Origin: an uncultured Flavobacteriales bacterium
Lineage (GTDB): Bacteria; Bacteroidota; Bacteroidia; Flavobacteriales_D; Sanyastnellaceae
Assembly (NCBI GenBank): GCA_905478795.1
Contig: CAJQJX010000006.1
Location: 1,254-65,253, forward strand
Length of the DNA stretch: 64,000 bases
Direction: 5' to 3'
Below are positions 15,173 through 25,404 of this stretch, piece after piece (the first letter of the stretch is position 1; every line of letters starts with the position of its first letter). The notes beneath the pieces were generated by a model. It was not told the DNA's origin, ran no database searches, and worked only from the letters and a program-made list of their open reading frames with translations. The position numbers were made by a program, and so were the translations under genes.

Positions 15173-17980
15173 TTAGCCGACGATATTGATGATGCGCCCG
15201 GGAACCACGATGATTTTTCTGGGTTCGCGGCCTTCCAGCTGCTTGACTGTTCGGGGATCAGCGAGCACTGCAGATTCCACATCCTTGGCGCCCAAGTCGG
15301 CTGGCACTTCGAGTTGGAAACGCACTTTTCCGTTGAATTGCACCGGATAGCGCACTTCGGATTCCACGAGCTTTTCTGGGTCCCATTTGGGCCAGGGAGC
15401 ATCGACTACTGATGCGCTTCCTCCGGCACATGACCAGAGTTCTTCGGCCAAGTGGGGAGCATAGGGCCCCAAAATGGCGGCCAAAGGCTGGAGTATTTGG
15501 CGGTCATGGCAGCCCTGTTCAGTCAGCTCGTTGACCCCAATCATCAGGGCGCTCACCACCGTATTCCAGCTCAGACGGTCCAGGTCCTCGGTGACCTTTT
15601 TGATGGTTTTGTGCAGGGTGCGCTCGGCATCAGACGAAGGCGATGTATCGGTTACGATGCCGTTGCCATCCGCATCCATGTAGAGTCGGGTGAGCTTTCT
15701 CAAGAACCCGTGCACGCCGCTGATGCCCTGGGTATCCCAAGGCTTGGCTTGTTCTAGTGGCCCCAAGAACATCTCGTAACAGCGCAGGGTGTCCGCGCCG
15801 TATCGCTCCACGAGGTCGTCGGGGTTTTCTACGTTGTACTTGGACTTGGACATCTTTTCGACCTCGCTGCCGCAGCGGTATTCACCCTGCTCATTGAGTT
15901 CGAAGGTGGCATCGGCAAATTCGGGCCGCCAAGCCTTAAACGCTTCGGTATCCAACACGTCATTGCGCACCATTGAAATGTCCACGTGAAGGCGCTGTGT
16001 CCGCTGCTCTTTGCGGCGCTCAAAGGTGACAAAGGTGTTGGTGCCTTCGATGCGGTATACGAAGCTGCTCCGGCCGAGGATCATGCCTTGGTTGACCATC
16101 TTGGCAAAGGGCTCATCAAAGCCCATGACGCCGAGGTCACACAAAAACTTGGTCCAAAACCGGCTGTACAGGAGGTGGCCTGTCCCGTGCTCTGCACCGC
16201 CAACATACAGGTCAACTTGGCCCCAGTAATCGCTCTTGGATCGGTCGCACAGGCTGCTGCTGTTGTGGGGGTCCATGTACCTCAGGAAGTACCAGCTGGA
16301 CCCTGCCCAGCCGGGCATGGTATTGAATTCCATGCGGTCTCCACGGGTGATGTTCCAATGTTCGGCCCTTGCCAATGGTGGGTCACCATCTTCTGTTGGC
16401 AGGTAAGCGTCCACATCTGGAAGCAAGACCTGATCGTCTTCAATCAATTGGGGCACTCCCTGCTCATAGCAGATTGGAAAAGGCTCGCCCCAGTAGCGCT
16501 GGCGGCTAAAGACAGCGTCGCGCAATCGGTAGTTCACGCGCGGGGCTGCAAATCCGGCCTCTTCGGTTTCTTGAATGGCCCGGGGCAAAATGGTCGAGCA
16601 CCGTTGTCCGCTCCAAGCACCGCTGTTGCAGAGCACGGCATCCTTGTCGGTACACGCTCCTGAATCGATGTCGTGTCCCTCAAAAATGGGGGGTATGTCA
16701 ATCCCAAAAGCACGGGCAAACTCCCAGTCGCGTTGGTCTCCTGCAGGGACAGCCATGACCGCACCTGTGCCGTAACCGGCCAACACATAATCCGCAATCC
16801 AAATGGGCATGGGCGCCCCAGTGAGTGGGTGCACAGCGTAGGCCCCGGTGAAGCACCCCGTCACGCCGCGGTCTCCGGCCATTCGTTCGCGTTCGCTTCG
16901 GGCGGAGGTTTCCTTTTGATATCCTGCCACCGACTCTTGATGCTCAGCCGTTGTGATGTCTTGGACCAGCTCGTGTTCCGGCGCCAAAACAAGGAAGTTC
17001 GCGCCATACAAGGTGTCGGGTCGCGTTGAGAACACCTCGACGGTGCGGCCTTCGTGGTGTTGGATGTCGAACCGCAATTGGGCACCGGTCGACTTGCCGA
17101 TCCAATTGCGCTGCACCTCTTTGATGCTGTCGGACCAATCGATGCCATCCAACCCTTGAAGCAGGCGGTCGGCATAGGCCGTAATCCGCATCATCCATTG
17201 CCGCATTTTTTTGCGGACAACGGGGTGCCCACCCCGCTCACTCAGACCTCCAATCACCTCATCATTGGCTAAGACAGTACCCAAAGCGGGGCACCAGTTT
17301 ACCTCGCTGTCTGCGAGATAGGCCAATCTGTACGCCATCAGCACCGCGCTTTGGCCATTCTTGTCGAGGGCGTTCCACTGCTCCGCAGAGAAAGGACCTT
17401 CAAAGTCTTCGCCCCACAGCTTTTGAGCGGCCTCGGTCAAGGTGTCTTCCCCGACCACCCAATCGACTTGGGCATTGCCATGCTCGGCAAAGTGGGCGGT
17501 GAGGTCCTCAATCGGAGCTGCTTTGTCGGCCTTGCGGTCGTAGCCATGCTCAAAGAGGCGGGCAAAAATCCACTGGGTCCACTTGTAATATTCTGGGCTG
17601 CTGGTTCGGACCTCCCGGGACCAATCATAGCTGAACCCCAAGAGGTCGAGTTGCTCGCGGTAACGCGCAATGTTGCGCTCTGTTGTTAGGGCTGGGTGCT
17701 GCCCCGTTTGAATGGCGTATTGCTCAGCTGGAAGGCCAAAGCTGTCATAGCCCTGTGGGTGCAAAACATTGAACCCTTGTTGCCGCTTGTATCGGGCGAT
17801 GACATCCGAAGCGATGTAGCCAAGAGGGTGGCCAACGTGCAATCCTGCCCCACTGGGGTAAGGAAACATGTCAAGCACATAATACTTGTCCTTTGCAGCG
17901 TCTTCTGAAACCTTGTAGGTTCCTTGCTTTTGCCAATGCTGGCGCCACTTGTTTTCGATGGCTTTGAAATCGTATTCCAT
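15173..17980 (-). CDS. leuS: leucine--tRNA ligase
   Basis: MEYDFKAIENKWRQHWQ..YVLDMFPYPSGAGLHVGHPLGY contains the HIGH motif, and VEKMSKSKYN is the KMSKS motif. The 144-aa upstream extension in the ORF track has no LeuRS similarity. Start set at ATG 17980. Confidence 0.95.
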   Translation of the reverse strand: MEYDFKAIENKWRQHWQKQGTYKVSEDAAKDKYYVLDMFPYPSGAGLHVGHPLGYIASDVIARYKRQQGFNVLHPQGYDSFGLPAEQYAIQTGQHPALTTERNIARYREQLDLLGFSYDWSREVRTSSPEYYKWTQWIFARLFEHGYDRKADKAAPIEDLTAHFAEHGNAQVDWVVGEDTLTEAAQKLWGEDFEGPFSAEQWNALDKNGQSAVLMAYRLAYLADSEVNWCPALGTVLANDEVIGGLSERGGHPVVRKKMRQWMMRITAYADRLLQGLDGIDWSDSIKEVQRNWIGKSTGAQLRFDIQHHEGRTVEVFSTRPDTLYGANFLVLAPEHELVQDITTAEHQESVAGYQKETSARSERERMAGDRGVTGCFTGAYAVHPLTGAPMPIWIADYVLAGYGTGAVMAVPAGDQRDWEFARAFGIDIPPIFEGHDIDSGACTDKDAVLCNSGAWSGQRCSTILPRAIQETEEAGFAAPRVNYRLRDAVFSRQRYWGEPFPICYEQGVPQLIEDDQVLLPDVDAYLPTEDGDPPLARAEHWNITRGDRMEFNTMPGWAGSSWYFLRYMDPHNSSSLCDRSKSDYWGQVDLYVGGAEHGTGHLLYSRFWTKFLCDLGVMGFDEPFAKMVNQGMILGRSSFVYRIEGTNTFVTFERRKEQRTQRLHVDISMVRNDVLDTEAFKAWRPEFADATFELNEQGEYRCGSEVEKMSKSKYNVENPDDLVERYGADTLRCYEMFLGPLEQAKPWDTQGISGVHGFLRKLTRLYMDADGNGIVTDTSPSSDAERTLHKTIKKVTEDLDRLSWNTVVSALMIGVNELTEQGCHDRQILQPLAAILGPYAPHLAEELWSCAGGSASVVDAPWPKWDPEKLVESEVRYPVQFNGKVRFQLEVPADLGAKDVESAVLADPRTVKQLEGREPRKIIVVPGRIINIVG

Positions 17981-18124
17981 ACCCGCGGGATGTGGGTGCG
18001 AAGATACCTTGGGCTGTCGCGGCTTTGGAGTCCCTTTTTGCCGGAGTGCCAGAGCAGGAAAAAGGACGCATGGTTTGGATTGAAAACTGCGGGTTTTTTG
18101 ACGGTTCTGTTTGAACTTGCCCCT

Positions 18125-18751
18125 GTGTACGCGACCCGCATACCCGAACCTGTTTCGTCCCTGTTTCCAGATTTCCTTTGGGCGGGAGATCCCGGTGGCC
18201 GAGAGGTACACCTGACGTTTGATGATGGGCCGCATCCAGAATGGACGCCTCGTATCCTTGATCTGCTCGGTGCGTCTGGGCACAAAGCCACCTTTTTCTG
18301 CGTAGGCCAGAATGTTGAGCGTTACCCGAAGGTGTTCGAGCGGATTCAATCCGAAGGCCACAGTTGGGGCAACCACACCATGCATCACGAGTCTGGTTGG
18401 TCTACCGGTCAATATGCGTACCTCAAGAGCTTTTTGGAATGTGAGGCGATCACGAAATCAGGATTGTTCCGCCCTCCGTATGGCCGCATGACCCGTTCTC
18501 AAGCCAAGGCCATCTCCAAACGCAGCTGCATTGTCATGTGGAACCTGCTTACCGGGGATTTTGACCAAAAGCGCACCGTGTCGCAATGCCTCAACAGTAC
18601 ACGGGCACATTTGAGCCCAGGAACAATCGCTGTTATGCACGACAGCCAAAAGGCATCGCCCCGAACCCTCGGACTCTTAGAAGGGGTGTTGAGGACATTG
18701 CAAGATCAGGGGTGGATGGGTGCTCCGCTGGACATGCCGATTCGACCATAG
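18125..18751 (+). CDS. polysaccharide deacetylase (NodB-homology) family protein
   Basis: VHLTFDDGPHPEWTPRILDLL..KATFFCVG..GHSWGNHTMHH. The start is uncertain. GTG 18125 gives MYATRIPEPVSSLFPDFLW, the usual short N-terminus for this family. ATG 17990 would leave only 9 bp to the divergent leuS start. Confidence 0.8.
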   Translation: MYATRIPEPVSSLFPDFLWAGDPGGREVHLTFDDGPHPEWTPRILDLLGASGHKATFFCVGQNVERYPKVFERIQSEGHSWGNHTMHHESGWSTGQYAYLKSFLECEAITKSGLFRPPYGRMTRSQAKAISKRSCIVMWNLLTGDFDQKRTVSQCLNSTRAHLSPGTIAVMHDSQKASPRTLGLLEGVLRTLQDQGWMGAPLDMPIRP

Positions 18752-18811
18752 CAAGAGGATTCCCACAGGAAAGGCCCTCCCGAGATTACATGGCTTTGTA
18801 AAGGGCCATCT

Positions 18812-18819
18812 CACCTTTG
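18812..18819 (+). promoter_or_regulatory. -7-like box CACCTTTG, 7 nt upstream of the response-regulator ATG
   Basis: CACCTTTG-ATGACCC-ATG(18827). Confidence 0.25.
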
Positions 18820-18826
18820 ATGACCC

Positions 18827-19264
18827 ATGACTAAGAGAAGCGGACCACTGCGGGTTTTGTATGTAGATGACGACGAAATGGCACTCACCCTGACGCAACT
18901 TCAATTGCTCAATGCGGGCATGGTGACCGAGGCCACATCCGATACCCTAGAAGCTGTAGGTATGCTCGCTACGGAGGAACTCGACTTAATCTTGTTGGAT
19001 TCGGTCATGCCGACCATTGATGGCGTCGAGTTTCTCCAATTGATGCGGTCTCTTCAATTCGAGTACCCCGTTGTGTTCTTGACTGGATTTGGTGTCGAGG
19101 AACTCTGGGAGGTTGTTCAAGAGTTTGGGGTGCTCGGGATTTTGGACAAGCAAAAAGACCGAATGGTCCTGCCTGAGCGGTTGCAAGAGCTTTATTCCCA
19201 ATTCGAAAGCGGGCAGGCTGTCAGTCCTCCTTGGACCCTTGACGGGCCTCACGCAGCATCTTGA
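18827..19264 (+). CDS. stand-alone response-regulator receiver domain protein (CheY-like)
   Basis: LRVLYVDDDEM..LDLILLDSVMPTIDGVEF..PVVFLTGF shows the acidic pocket, the phospho-acceptor Asp, and the T and K region. There is no output domain. Confidence 0.8.
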   Translation: MTKRSGPLRVLYVDDDEMALTLTQLQLLNAGMVTEATSDTLEAVGMLATEELDLILLDSVMPTIDGVEFLQLMRSLQFEYPVVFLTGFGVEELWEVVQEFGVLGILDKQKDRMVLPERLQELYSQFESGQAVSPPWTLDGPHAAS

Positions 19265-20954
19265 GCTTTCTGCTGATTTCGCCCATCTCCCGCTGGTCGG
19301 ACTCAATTTTCTTCTGAAAGTCAGCGACAATCGAAGCCGCCCCCTTTCCAGTAAAGATGCCCATGTTGTTTTCGTATTGGGTGACGCGCTTCCGGAGGCG
19401 GTCCATTTTGTCGCGCAATGCGCGCTCTTCTTTCCGAGCCATGTGCTCGGAACCTTCCCCGGCAACGAGGCTTTCCACCCTTTGTTTGTAGGCTTCCACT
19501 GAACGCTCGCTGCGCTTTTCGCCCAAGGCATCGAATTTCTTGTCCATGGCGTTGCCATAGCGCTCCACGATTTGCTCAAAAACACGACGAGGAACATGTC
19601 CGCTATCGGCCCAGCGCTTGGAAAACGCCTTGAGTGTCCCCAAGTCGTTGCCATGGTTGCCCGTCAGCTCAAAAGCTTCGATTTCTTCGATGAGTTTCTC
19701 CTTGGCTTGTTGGTTGGCCTTGTACTCCTTGTCGCGGTCAGCAAACTGGGCTTTCCGAGCAGTGAAGAATTGATCGCAAGCGCCGCGGAATTTGCGCCAC
19801 AAGCGGTTTTCGTCTCGGGGACCAGCTGAACCGAGGTCCTTCCACTCCTTTTGCAAGGCCATTAATTGGTCGGCAGTTTGCTTCCAAGCCGTGCTTTCGG
19901 CCAGTCCAGCGGCTTCTTCGGCAATGGCCTGTTTGCGGTCCCGCACTTTGTTTTGAGCGGCCCGCACATCCGAAAAAGCGGCGTCGCGCTTCTGGAAAAA
20001 CAGGTCGCACAGCGCCCGGAAACTCTCCCAAGCTTCTTGGTCGTCTTTGCGCCCTGCAAACCCGATGGTCTTCCACCGCTTCTGAACCTCCTTGACCTTT
20101 TCGGCCTGTGCAGGCCATTCTGAAGGGCTTTGAATATCTGCCTCTACCAATGTTCTGACTTCCTCCACCAAAGCCTGCTTGGCTTCGAGGTTTTTGATGA
20201 AGCCCTCGCGGATGCCATCAAAATGGGCCTTGATCTCCTCCAATGCGCCACGCGTATGGCCAAAGAAGGTGTCGGCCATCTCTTGGTAAGTCTCCCGAGG
20301 GCTGGGCCCGACGTCAAACCAGGCCTTCATGTAGCTCCTCGTCAGCAGCTCTTTTTCCTTGAGGTCTGTGACGGAAGACAATTGCGCCGCTTGGGCGATG
20401 AGGTCCTCCTTTTTCTTCAGGTTTACCTGCAAGTCGTGATCTTGCAGCTGCTTGTAGATGTTGACGTTGTAGAAGAACTCGTCCCGAAGTCGGTGCCAAG
20501 CATCATGAACTTCCTTGTACTGGTCACCGGGCACATTGCCGATGGCATTCCACTGCTCTGTTAAGGTGTTGAACGCATCGAACATCTTACCGATGTGCTC
20601 TTCGTTGGCCACCAATTCCTTCATGGAATTCAAAACGGCCGTTTTCTGTTCGAGGTTGGCGCGTTGCTCTGCGGCTACCTTCTCCCTCCAGGCTTTTTCC
20701 CTTTCGCGGAAAGCCTTGTACATCTCATCGTTGCGGGCATCTTCCTCGTCGGGCTCATAAGAAAAGCGGATGGGCTCTTCGCCAGGTTCAACCGGGGCTT
20801 GCTCGATTTCATCGAAAGCAGCTCGCTGGGTGGTCACGTCTTTTTCACGTGCGTCCTTGTACACTTCGAAGGCTGTGCGCACCTCGACGCGAACAGATTC
20901 AATTTCCGGGTTCTCCAGCAACGACGCGATGCGTTGATTGATCTCGGCTTTCAT
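19221..20954 (-). CDS. DUF349 domain-containing protein
   Basis: 577 aa, highly charged and helical. It has repeated units of the type KxxLxxxW..IG....D..LW.RF....D.FF. Confidence 0.75.
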   Translation of the reverse strand: MKAEINQRIASLLENPEIESVRVEVRTAFEVYKDAREKDVTTQRAAFDEIEQAPVEPGEEPIRFSYEPDEEDARNDEMYKAFREREKAWREKVAAEQRANLEQKTAVLNSMKELVANEEHIGKMFDAFNTLTEQWNAIGNVPGDQYKEVHDAWHRLRDEFFYNVNIYKQLQDHDLQVNLKKKEDLIAQAAQLSSVTDLKEKELLTRSYMKAWFDVGPSPRETYQEMADTFFGHTRGALEEIKAHFDGIREGFIKNLEAKQALVEEVRTLVEADIQSPSEWPAQAEKVKEVQKRWKTIGFAGRKDDQEAWESFRALCDLFFQKRDAAFSDVRAAQNKVRDRKQAIAEEAAGLAESTAWKQTADQLMALQKEWKDLGSAGPRDENRLWRKFRGACDQFFTARKAQFADRDKEYKANQQAKEKLIEEIEAFELTGNHGNDLGTLKAFSKRWADSGHVPRRVFEQIVERYGNAMDKKFDALGEKRSERSVEAYKQRVESLVAGEGSEHMARKEERALRDKMDRLRKRVTQYENNMGIFTGKGAASIVADFQKKIESDQREMGEISRKLKMLREARQGSKED

Positions 20955-21029
20955 GGCATTGGGTAGGTTGGCTCCATCAGGCGTTCCAGATGGTTTGCAG
21001 ATGGCAAGTCCTATGAGTGCTGTACTCCG

Positions 21030-21037
21030 TAGATTCA
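21030..21037 (+). promoter_or_regulatory. -7-like box TAGATTCA, 4 nt upstream of the recX GTG
   Basis: TAGATTCA-GCTC-GTG(21042). Confidence 0.3.
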
Positions 21038-21041
21038 GCTC

Positions 21042-21512
21042 GTGGACGTGAAAAAAGATGTTTCATCGAAGATACGACATTGGTGCGCCCGTGCCGAGCG
21101 GTCGCCTGCTCAGGTGCGGCGTAAACTGTATGCATGGGGCGAAAGGGAGGGCGCAGATGACCTTGTGGCGACCTTGTTGGAGGAGGGGTACGTTGATCCA
21201 AAACGCTTCGCCGAAGCCTATGCTTTGGACCACGTTCGGCTGAAAGGCTGGGGGCCCGGGAAAGTGGCGGCAGCACTCAGGTTTGAGCACTCTATGGACG
21301 GCCACATTGTGGACATGGCCTTGGGCGCTGTTGCAGCTGAAGATGTGCATGAGGCAGCATGTCGTGCGGTACGGAAGCGGAAACAAAGGCACCCGGACGA
21401 AGACCCTGCAAAAACGATTGGAGTCCTCTTGCGCAAAGGCTTCATGGTGGAAGTAGCGAGAGCGGCAGTGGTCGCGGAGGATGCGCCCCCTAAATTTGGA
21501 CCCACATGTTGA
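21042..21512 (+). CDS. recX: regulatory protein RecX
   Basis: [56 protein letters not shown] shows the three-helix RecX repeats. GTG start. The stop overlaps the prfB start (ATGTTGA). Confidence 0.75.
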   Translation: MDVKKDVSSKIRHWCARAERSPAQVRRKLYAWGEREGADDLVATLLEEGYVDPKRFAEAYALDHVRLKGWGPGKVAAALRFEHSMDGHIVDMALGAVAAEDVHEAACRAVRKRKQRHPDEDPAKTIGVLLRKGFMVEVARAAVVAEDAPPKFGPTC

Positions 21513-22612
21513 ATGCCGATCAAATCCAGTCCGCCCGAGAGCGGACCAATGCGCTCAAGGGATACCTCGCCATTGAGCAGAAACGCATTGACATTCTGGA
21601 GGATGAGAAGCTGTCCCAGGACCCCGAATTCTGGAATGACGCCAAAGAGGCCGAAAAGGTGATGCGTCGGATCCGTGGCAAGAAGGTGTGGGTCACTGAG
21701 TTCGAGCGGGCCGAGACAGCCATTGAGGACCTTCAGGTGTTGTTCGAGTTCTTCAAGGAGGGCGAGAGCACCGAGGAAGAAGTCATGTCCCAATACGGCG
21801 AGTTGATCACCTGTATCGAGAACCTCGAGTTCAAGCAGATGCTCTCAGATGAGGCCGATGGATTGAATGCTGTCGTTCAAATCACAGCAGGTGCGGGAGG
21901 TACTGAGTCTTGCGATTGGGCGGGCATGTTGCTGCGCATGTACAGCATGTATTCCGACAAGGCGGGGTTCAAGGTGAGGGAGATCGATCGGCAGGATGGA
22001 GATGTAGCAGGCATCAAGCAAGTCACCATGGAAATCGACGGCGACTATGCTTTTGGTATGCTCAAAGGAGAGAATGGTGTGCACCGTCTGGTGCGCATTA
22101 GCCCCTATGATTCTCAAGCCCGCAGGCACACTTCATTTGTCTCTGTTTATGTGTATCCCCTCGTGGATGACAGCATAGAAATCGAGGTGAACCCCGGGGA
22201 CCTGACTTGGGACACTTTCCGATCAGGAGGAGCTGGTGGACAGAACGTCAACAAGGTTGAGACAGGTGTGCGACTGCGTCACAAGCCGACAGGCATCATC
22301 ATTGACAATACCGAGACCCGCTCGCAATTGGGCAACAAGGAAAAAGCGATTCAGCTCTTGAAGTCTCAATTGTATGAGATGGAAATGGCCAAGCGCAGTG
22401 AGGCCCGGGCCGAAATCGAGGCGGGCAAAAAGAAAATCGAGTGGGGCTCACAGATTCGTTCCTACGTGCTCCAGCCTTACAAAATGGTCAAAGACGTGCG
22501 TTCGAGCTACGAAACATCCAACACAGATGCCGTGCTCAACGGTGAGATTGAGCCCATGCTCAAAGCCAACTTGATGCACGCCGCAGCCGAACGCTCCACC
22601 ACCGAGCATTGA
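21506..22612 (+). CDS. prfB: peptide chain release factor 2 (single frame, no programmed +1 frameshift)
   Basis: Contains [11 protein letters not shown], the GGQ motif ([15 protein letters not shown]), [13 protein letters not shown] and [14 protein letters not shown]. The region is collinear with E. coli RF2 through the position where the frameshift site normally sits. Confidence 0.92.
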   Translation: MLNADQIQSARERTNALKGYLAIEQKRIDILEDEKLSQDPEFWNDAKEAEKVMRRIRGKKVWVTEFERAETAIEDLQVLFEFFKEGESTEEEVMSQYGELITCIENLEFKQMLSDEADGLNAVVQITAGAGGTESCDWAGMLLRMYSMYSDKAGFKVREIDRQDGDVAGIKQVTMEIDGDYAFGMLKGENGVHRLVRISPYDSQARRHTSFVSVYVYPLVDDSIEIEVNPGDLTWDTFRSGGAGGQNVNKVETGVRLRHKPTGIIIDNTETRSQLGNKEKAIQLLKSQLYEMEMAKRSEARAEIEAGKKKIEWGSQIRSYVLQPYKMVKDVRSSYETSNTDAVLNGEIEPMLKANLMHAAAERSTTEH

Positions 22613-22633
22613 GAACCGCGGTTACACTACAGA

Positions 22634-22641
22634 TAGTTTCT
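22634..22641 (+). promoter_or_regulatory. -7-like box TAGTTTCT, 4 nt upstream of the fumC ATG
   Basis: TAGTTTCT-AAGA-ATG(22646). Confidence 0.3.
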
Positions 22642-22645
22642 AAGA

Positions 22646-24040
22646 ATGAATACCCGCATCGAAAAGGACACCCTTGGCGAAGTCGCCGTACCTGCTGATC
22701 AGTATTGGGGCGCTCAAACAGAACGCAGCCGCCACAACTTCCCCATTGGCCCAGCGGGCACCATGCCCTTGGAGGTCGTGCACGCTTTTGGCCACTTGAA
22801 AATGGCTGCGGCGAGGGCCAATTGTGACCTGGGCGTGCTGGACTCATCAAAGCGGGACCTCATTGTGCAGGTCTGTGAGGAGATCATTGCTGGACAGCTG
22901 GACGACTGCTTTCCTCTGGTGGTTTGGCAGACCGGCTCGGGAACCCAGTCCAACATGAACGTCAATGAAGTGATCGCCAACCGCGCCCACGTTTTGGCGG
23001 GAGGAACGCTAGGTGAAGGGGAGCGCCCTGTTCACCCCAATGATGACGCCAACAAGTCGCAGAGTTCGAATGACACCTTTCCGACGGCCATGCACCTGGC
23101 GGCTTATGACCGCATTGTACAGACCACCTTACCCGGTGTGGAGCGCTTGCGGGACGCATTGTCGGCAAAAGCCGAAGAATTAAAGGGGGTGGTCAAAATC
23201 GGCCGCACTCACCTGATGGATGCGACCCCCCTCACGTTTGGGCAAGAATTTGGGGGCTATGTGGCCCAGCTCGACCACAGCATGAAAGCCATACGCAACA
23301 CCCTTGACCACTTGGCTGAGCTCGCATTGGGGGGCACGGCGGTCGGCACAGGGCTGAACGCACCGGAAGGATACGCGGAAAAAGTGGCCGCCTACATGGC
23401 AGAGTCGATGGGACATCCCTTTGTGACTGCCCCCAATAAGTTTGAGGCTTTGGCGGCACACGACGCTGTAGTGGAGGCCCACGGAGCGCTGAAGCAACTC
23501 GCTGTCAGCTGCAACAAAATTGCCCACGACATCCGCATGATGGGCAGCGGTCCCCGAAGTGGCATCGGCGAACTGTCTCTGCCTGCAAACGAACCCGGCT
23601 CTAGCATCATGCCAGGCAAGGTCAATCCGACCCAAGCCGAGGCCTTGACCATGGTCTGCGCCCAAGTGATGGGCAACGACGTGGCCGTGACCATTGGAGG
23701 TGCTCAAGGGCATTTCGAACTCAATGTTTTCAAGCCGATGATGGCGCGGAACATCTTGGAATCTGCGCGGCTCCTGGGCGAGGCGTGTGCCTCGTTTGCA
23801 GACCGCTGTGTCGCGGGAATCACACCGAATCGTGCGCGCATTGACCAATTGCTGGGCGACAGTTTAATGTTGGTCACGGCGTTGAATCCCCACATCGGCT
23901 ACTACAAGGCGGCGGCCATTGCTCAAAAAGCCCACGAAGAGGGCACGACGTTGAAAGCTGCGGCGATCGGGCTTGGCCACCTCACCGAAGAGGAATACGA
24001 TCGCTGGGTGGTGCCGGCCAATATGACCGGTGCCCAATGA
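22646..24040 (+). CDS. fumC: class II fumarate hydratase
   Basis: 464 aa with the [13 protein letters not shown] signature and [14 protein letters not shown]. Confidence 0.95.
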   Translation: MNTRIEKDTLGEVAVPADQYWGAQTERSRHNFPIGPAGTMPLEVVHAFGHLKMAAARANCDLGVLDSSKRDLIVQVCEEIIAGQLDDCFPLVVWQTGSGTQSNMNVNEVIANRAHVLAGGTLGEGERPVHPNDDANKSQSSNDTFPTAMHLAAYDRIVQTTLPGVERLRDALSAKAEELKGVVKIGRTHLMDATPLTFGQEFGGYVAQLDHSMKAIRNTLDHLAELALGGTAVGTGLNAPEGYAEKVAAYMAESMGHPFVTAPNKFEALAAHDAVVEAHGALKQLAVSCNKIAHDIRMMGSGPRSGIGELSLPANEPGSSIMPGKVNPTQAEALTMVCAQVMGNDVAVTIGGAQGHFELNVFKPMMARNILESARLLGEACASFADRCVAGITPNRARIDQLLGDSLMLVTALNPHIGYYKAAAIAQKAHEEGTTLKAAAIGLGHLTEEEYDRWVVPANMTGAQ

Positions 24041-24318
24041 GCGCCACCTTCAAGTACAGCGGGCTTCGGATTTTGGCGTTGCTGCTGTTGGCCGTTTTAC
24101 TGGTCGATTGTGGTCCCCCACGGCATGTGCACCGCGCCAAGCGGAAACGAAAACCGAAGTGCAAGACGTGCCCTTCCTTTTCCGAAGCCCATTCTCCTAT
24201 TGAGCAAGGGCTACCTTTACCGTCGCAATCTTGGAAAGGAACGAGTCCATGGCCCTACACGACCACACATATGCCGTCATCATGGCGGGAGGCGTCGGAT
24301 CCCGCTTCTGGCCGATGA
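24037..24318 (+). CDS. possible small basic lipoprotein (hypothetical; may not be expressed)
   Basis: The ATG overlaps the fumC stop (ATGA). The N-terminus [26 protein letters not shown] looks like a lipoprotein signal, followed by [16 protein letters not shown]. The last about 70 nt overlap the next gene, which lowers confidence. Confidence 0.3.
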   Translation: MSATFKYSGLRILALLLLAVLLVDCGPPRHVHRAKRKRKPKCKTCPSFSEAHSPIEQGLPLPSQSWKGTSPWPYTTTHMPSSWREASDPASGR

Positions 24319-25343
24319 GCCGATCGGGCAGTCCCAAGCAATTTCTTGACATCCTTGACCGTGGTCGGACGCTGATTCAAATGACGGCCGACAGGCTGGA
24401 GCCCACGCTCCCTTATGACCGCATGTACGTTGTGACCAACGTGCGCTACAAAGACGAGGTCATGGCCCAGTTGCCCGACTTGCCGGAAGATCACATTTTG
24501 TGCGAGCCCTTTATGCGCAATACCGCGCCATGTCTTGCTTATGCCCACCATCGAATCGCAAAAAATGACCCCGATGCCACGATCATTGTGGCTTCAGCGG
24601 ACCACCTCATTGAAGACGAGGAGGGCTTCCGCGATGTGCTGGACGTAGCCGTACAGCAGGCTTCAGAGACGTCGCAGCTCTTGACGCTGGGCATCACCCC
24701 AACCCGTCCTGATACGGGCTATGGGTACATCCAATACGAGGAGCTGCCAGGGGCACACGATGAAAGGCTGCAGCAAGTCCGAACCTTCACCGAGAAACCC
24801 AATAAAGACCTTGCCGAGCAGTTCATCTCTTCGGGGGACTTCTGTTGGAACTCCGGGATTTTTATTTGGTCGCTCAAGACCATTCAAGAGAGGTTCGCTG
24901 AGCAATTGCCCGATTTACATGCCCTATTTCTCGAGCGCGCTGCTGATTTGGGGACGGAAAGGGAGGCCGATGCGGTGCTGTCTATTTTCGGTGCAGCGGA
25001 GAACATATCCGTCGACTACGGCATCATGGAAGGCGCACCAAACGTGGGGGTCGTGCTCGGTGATTTTGGCTGGAGTGACCTTGGAACTTGGGGTTCACTC
25101 TACGACAAGCTCGAGAAGGATGCCAACGGCAATGCGCTGAGCGGTGTGAATTTCATGGGTGATGGTGCAACAGGCCTTATGGTGGCTTCAGATGGCGGAA
25201 AGCTGGTCGTGGCCAAGGGGTTGCAAGACTTTATCGTGGTGGATACCCCAGACGCACTGTTGCTTTGTCCGCGCAACGAGGAACAGTGGGTCAAGCAATT
25301 GGTCTCGCAGCTCAAGACCGATCGCGGAGAGCCCCTCGTCTGA
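24249..25343 (+). CDS. mannose-1-phosphate guanylyltransferase (GDP-mannose pyrophosphorylase, no isomerase domain)
   Basis: [41 protein letters not shown] and FCWNSGIFIW. Start taken at ATG 24249; TTG 24231 is an alternative. Confidence 0.88.
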   Translation: MALHDHTYAVIMAGGVGSRFWPMSRSGSPKQFLDILDRGRTLIQMTADRLEPTLPYDRMYVVTNVRYKDEVMAQLPDLPEDHILCEPFMRNTAPCLAYAHHRIAKNDPDATIIVASADHLIEDEEGFRDVLDVAVQQASETSQLLTLGITPTRPDTGYGYIQYEELPGAHDERLQQVRTFTEKPNKDLAEQFISSGDFCWNSGIFIWSLKTIQERFAEQLPDLHALFLERAADLGTEREADAVLSIFGAAENISVDYGIMEGAPNVGVVLGDFGWSDLGTWGSLYDKLEKDANGNALSGVNFMGDGATGLMVASDGGKLVVAKGLQDFIVVDTPDALLLCPRNEEQWVKQLVSQLKTDRGEPLV

Positions 25344-25387
25344 GGTCGAGAATTCACAATCCCTGCGGCGCCGGGTCGGTCGGTGTG

Positions 25388-25395
25388 TACCTTCG
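25388..25395 (+). promoter_or_regulatory. -7-like box TACCTTCG, 9 nt upstream of the mlaE ATG
   Basis: TACCTTCG-TTGAGACGC-ATG(25405). Confidence 0.3.
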
Positions 25396-25404
25396 TTGAG
25401 ACGC

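Noticed and set aside
17981-18412. 144-codon upstream extension of the leuS ORF, and the ATG-17990 start for the deacetylase
   Set aside because: The LeuRS similarity begins exactly at MEYDFKAIENKW (ATG 17980), and a TATCTTCG box lies 18 nt upstream. Starting the divergent deacetylase at 17990 would leave a 9-bp spacer and place the leuS promoter inside it. GTG 18125 gives the family-typical N-terminus.
25159-25404. Upstream extensions of the mlaE (25159) and mlaF (25980) track ORFs
   Set aside because: The extensions overlap the preceding genes in another frame and lack transporter motifs. The internal ATGs at 25405 and 26139 give standard-length proteins, and the latter forms an ATGA overlap.
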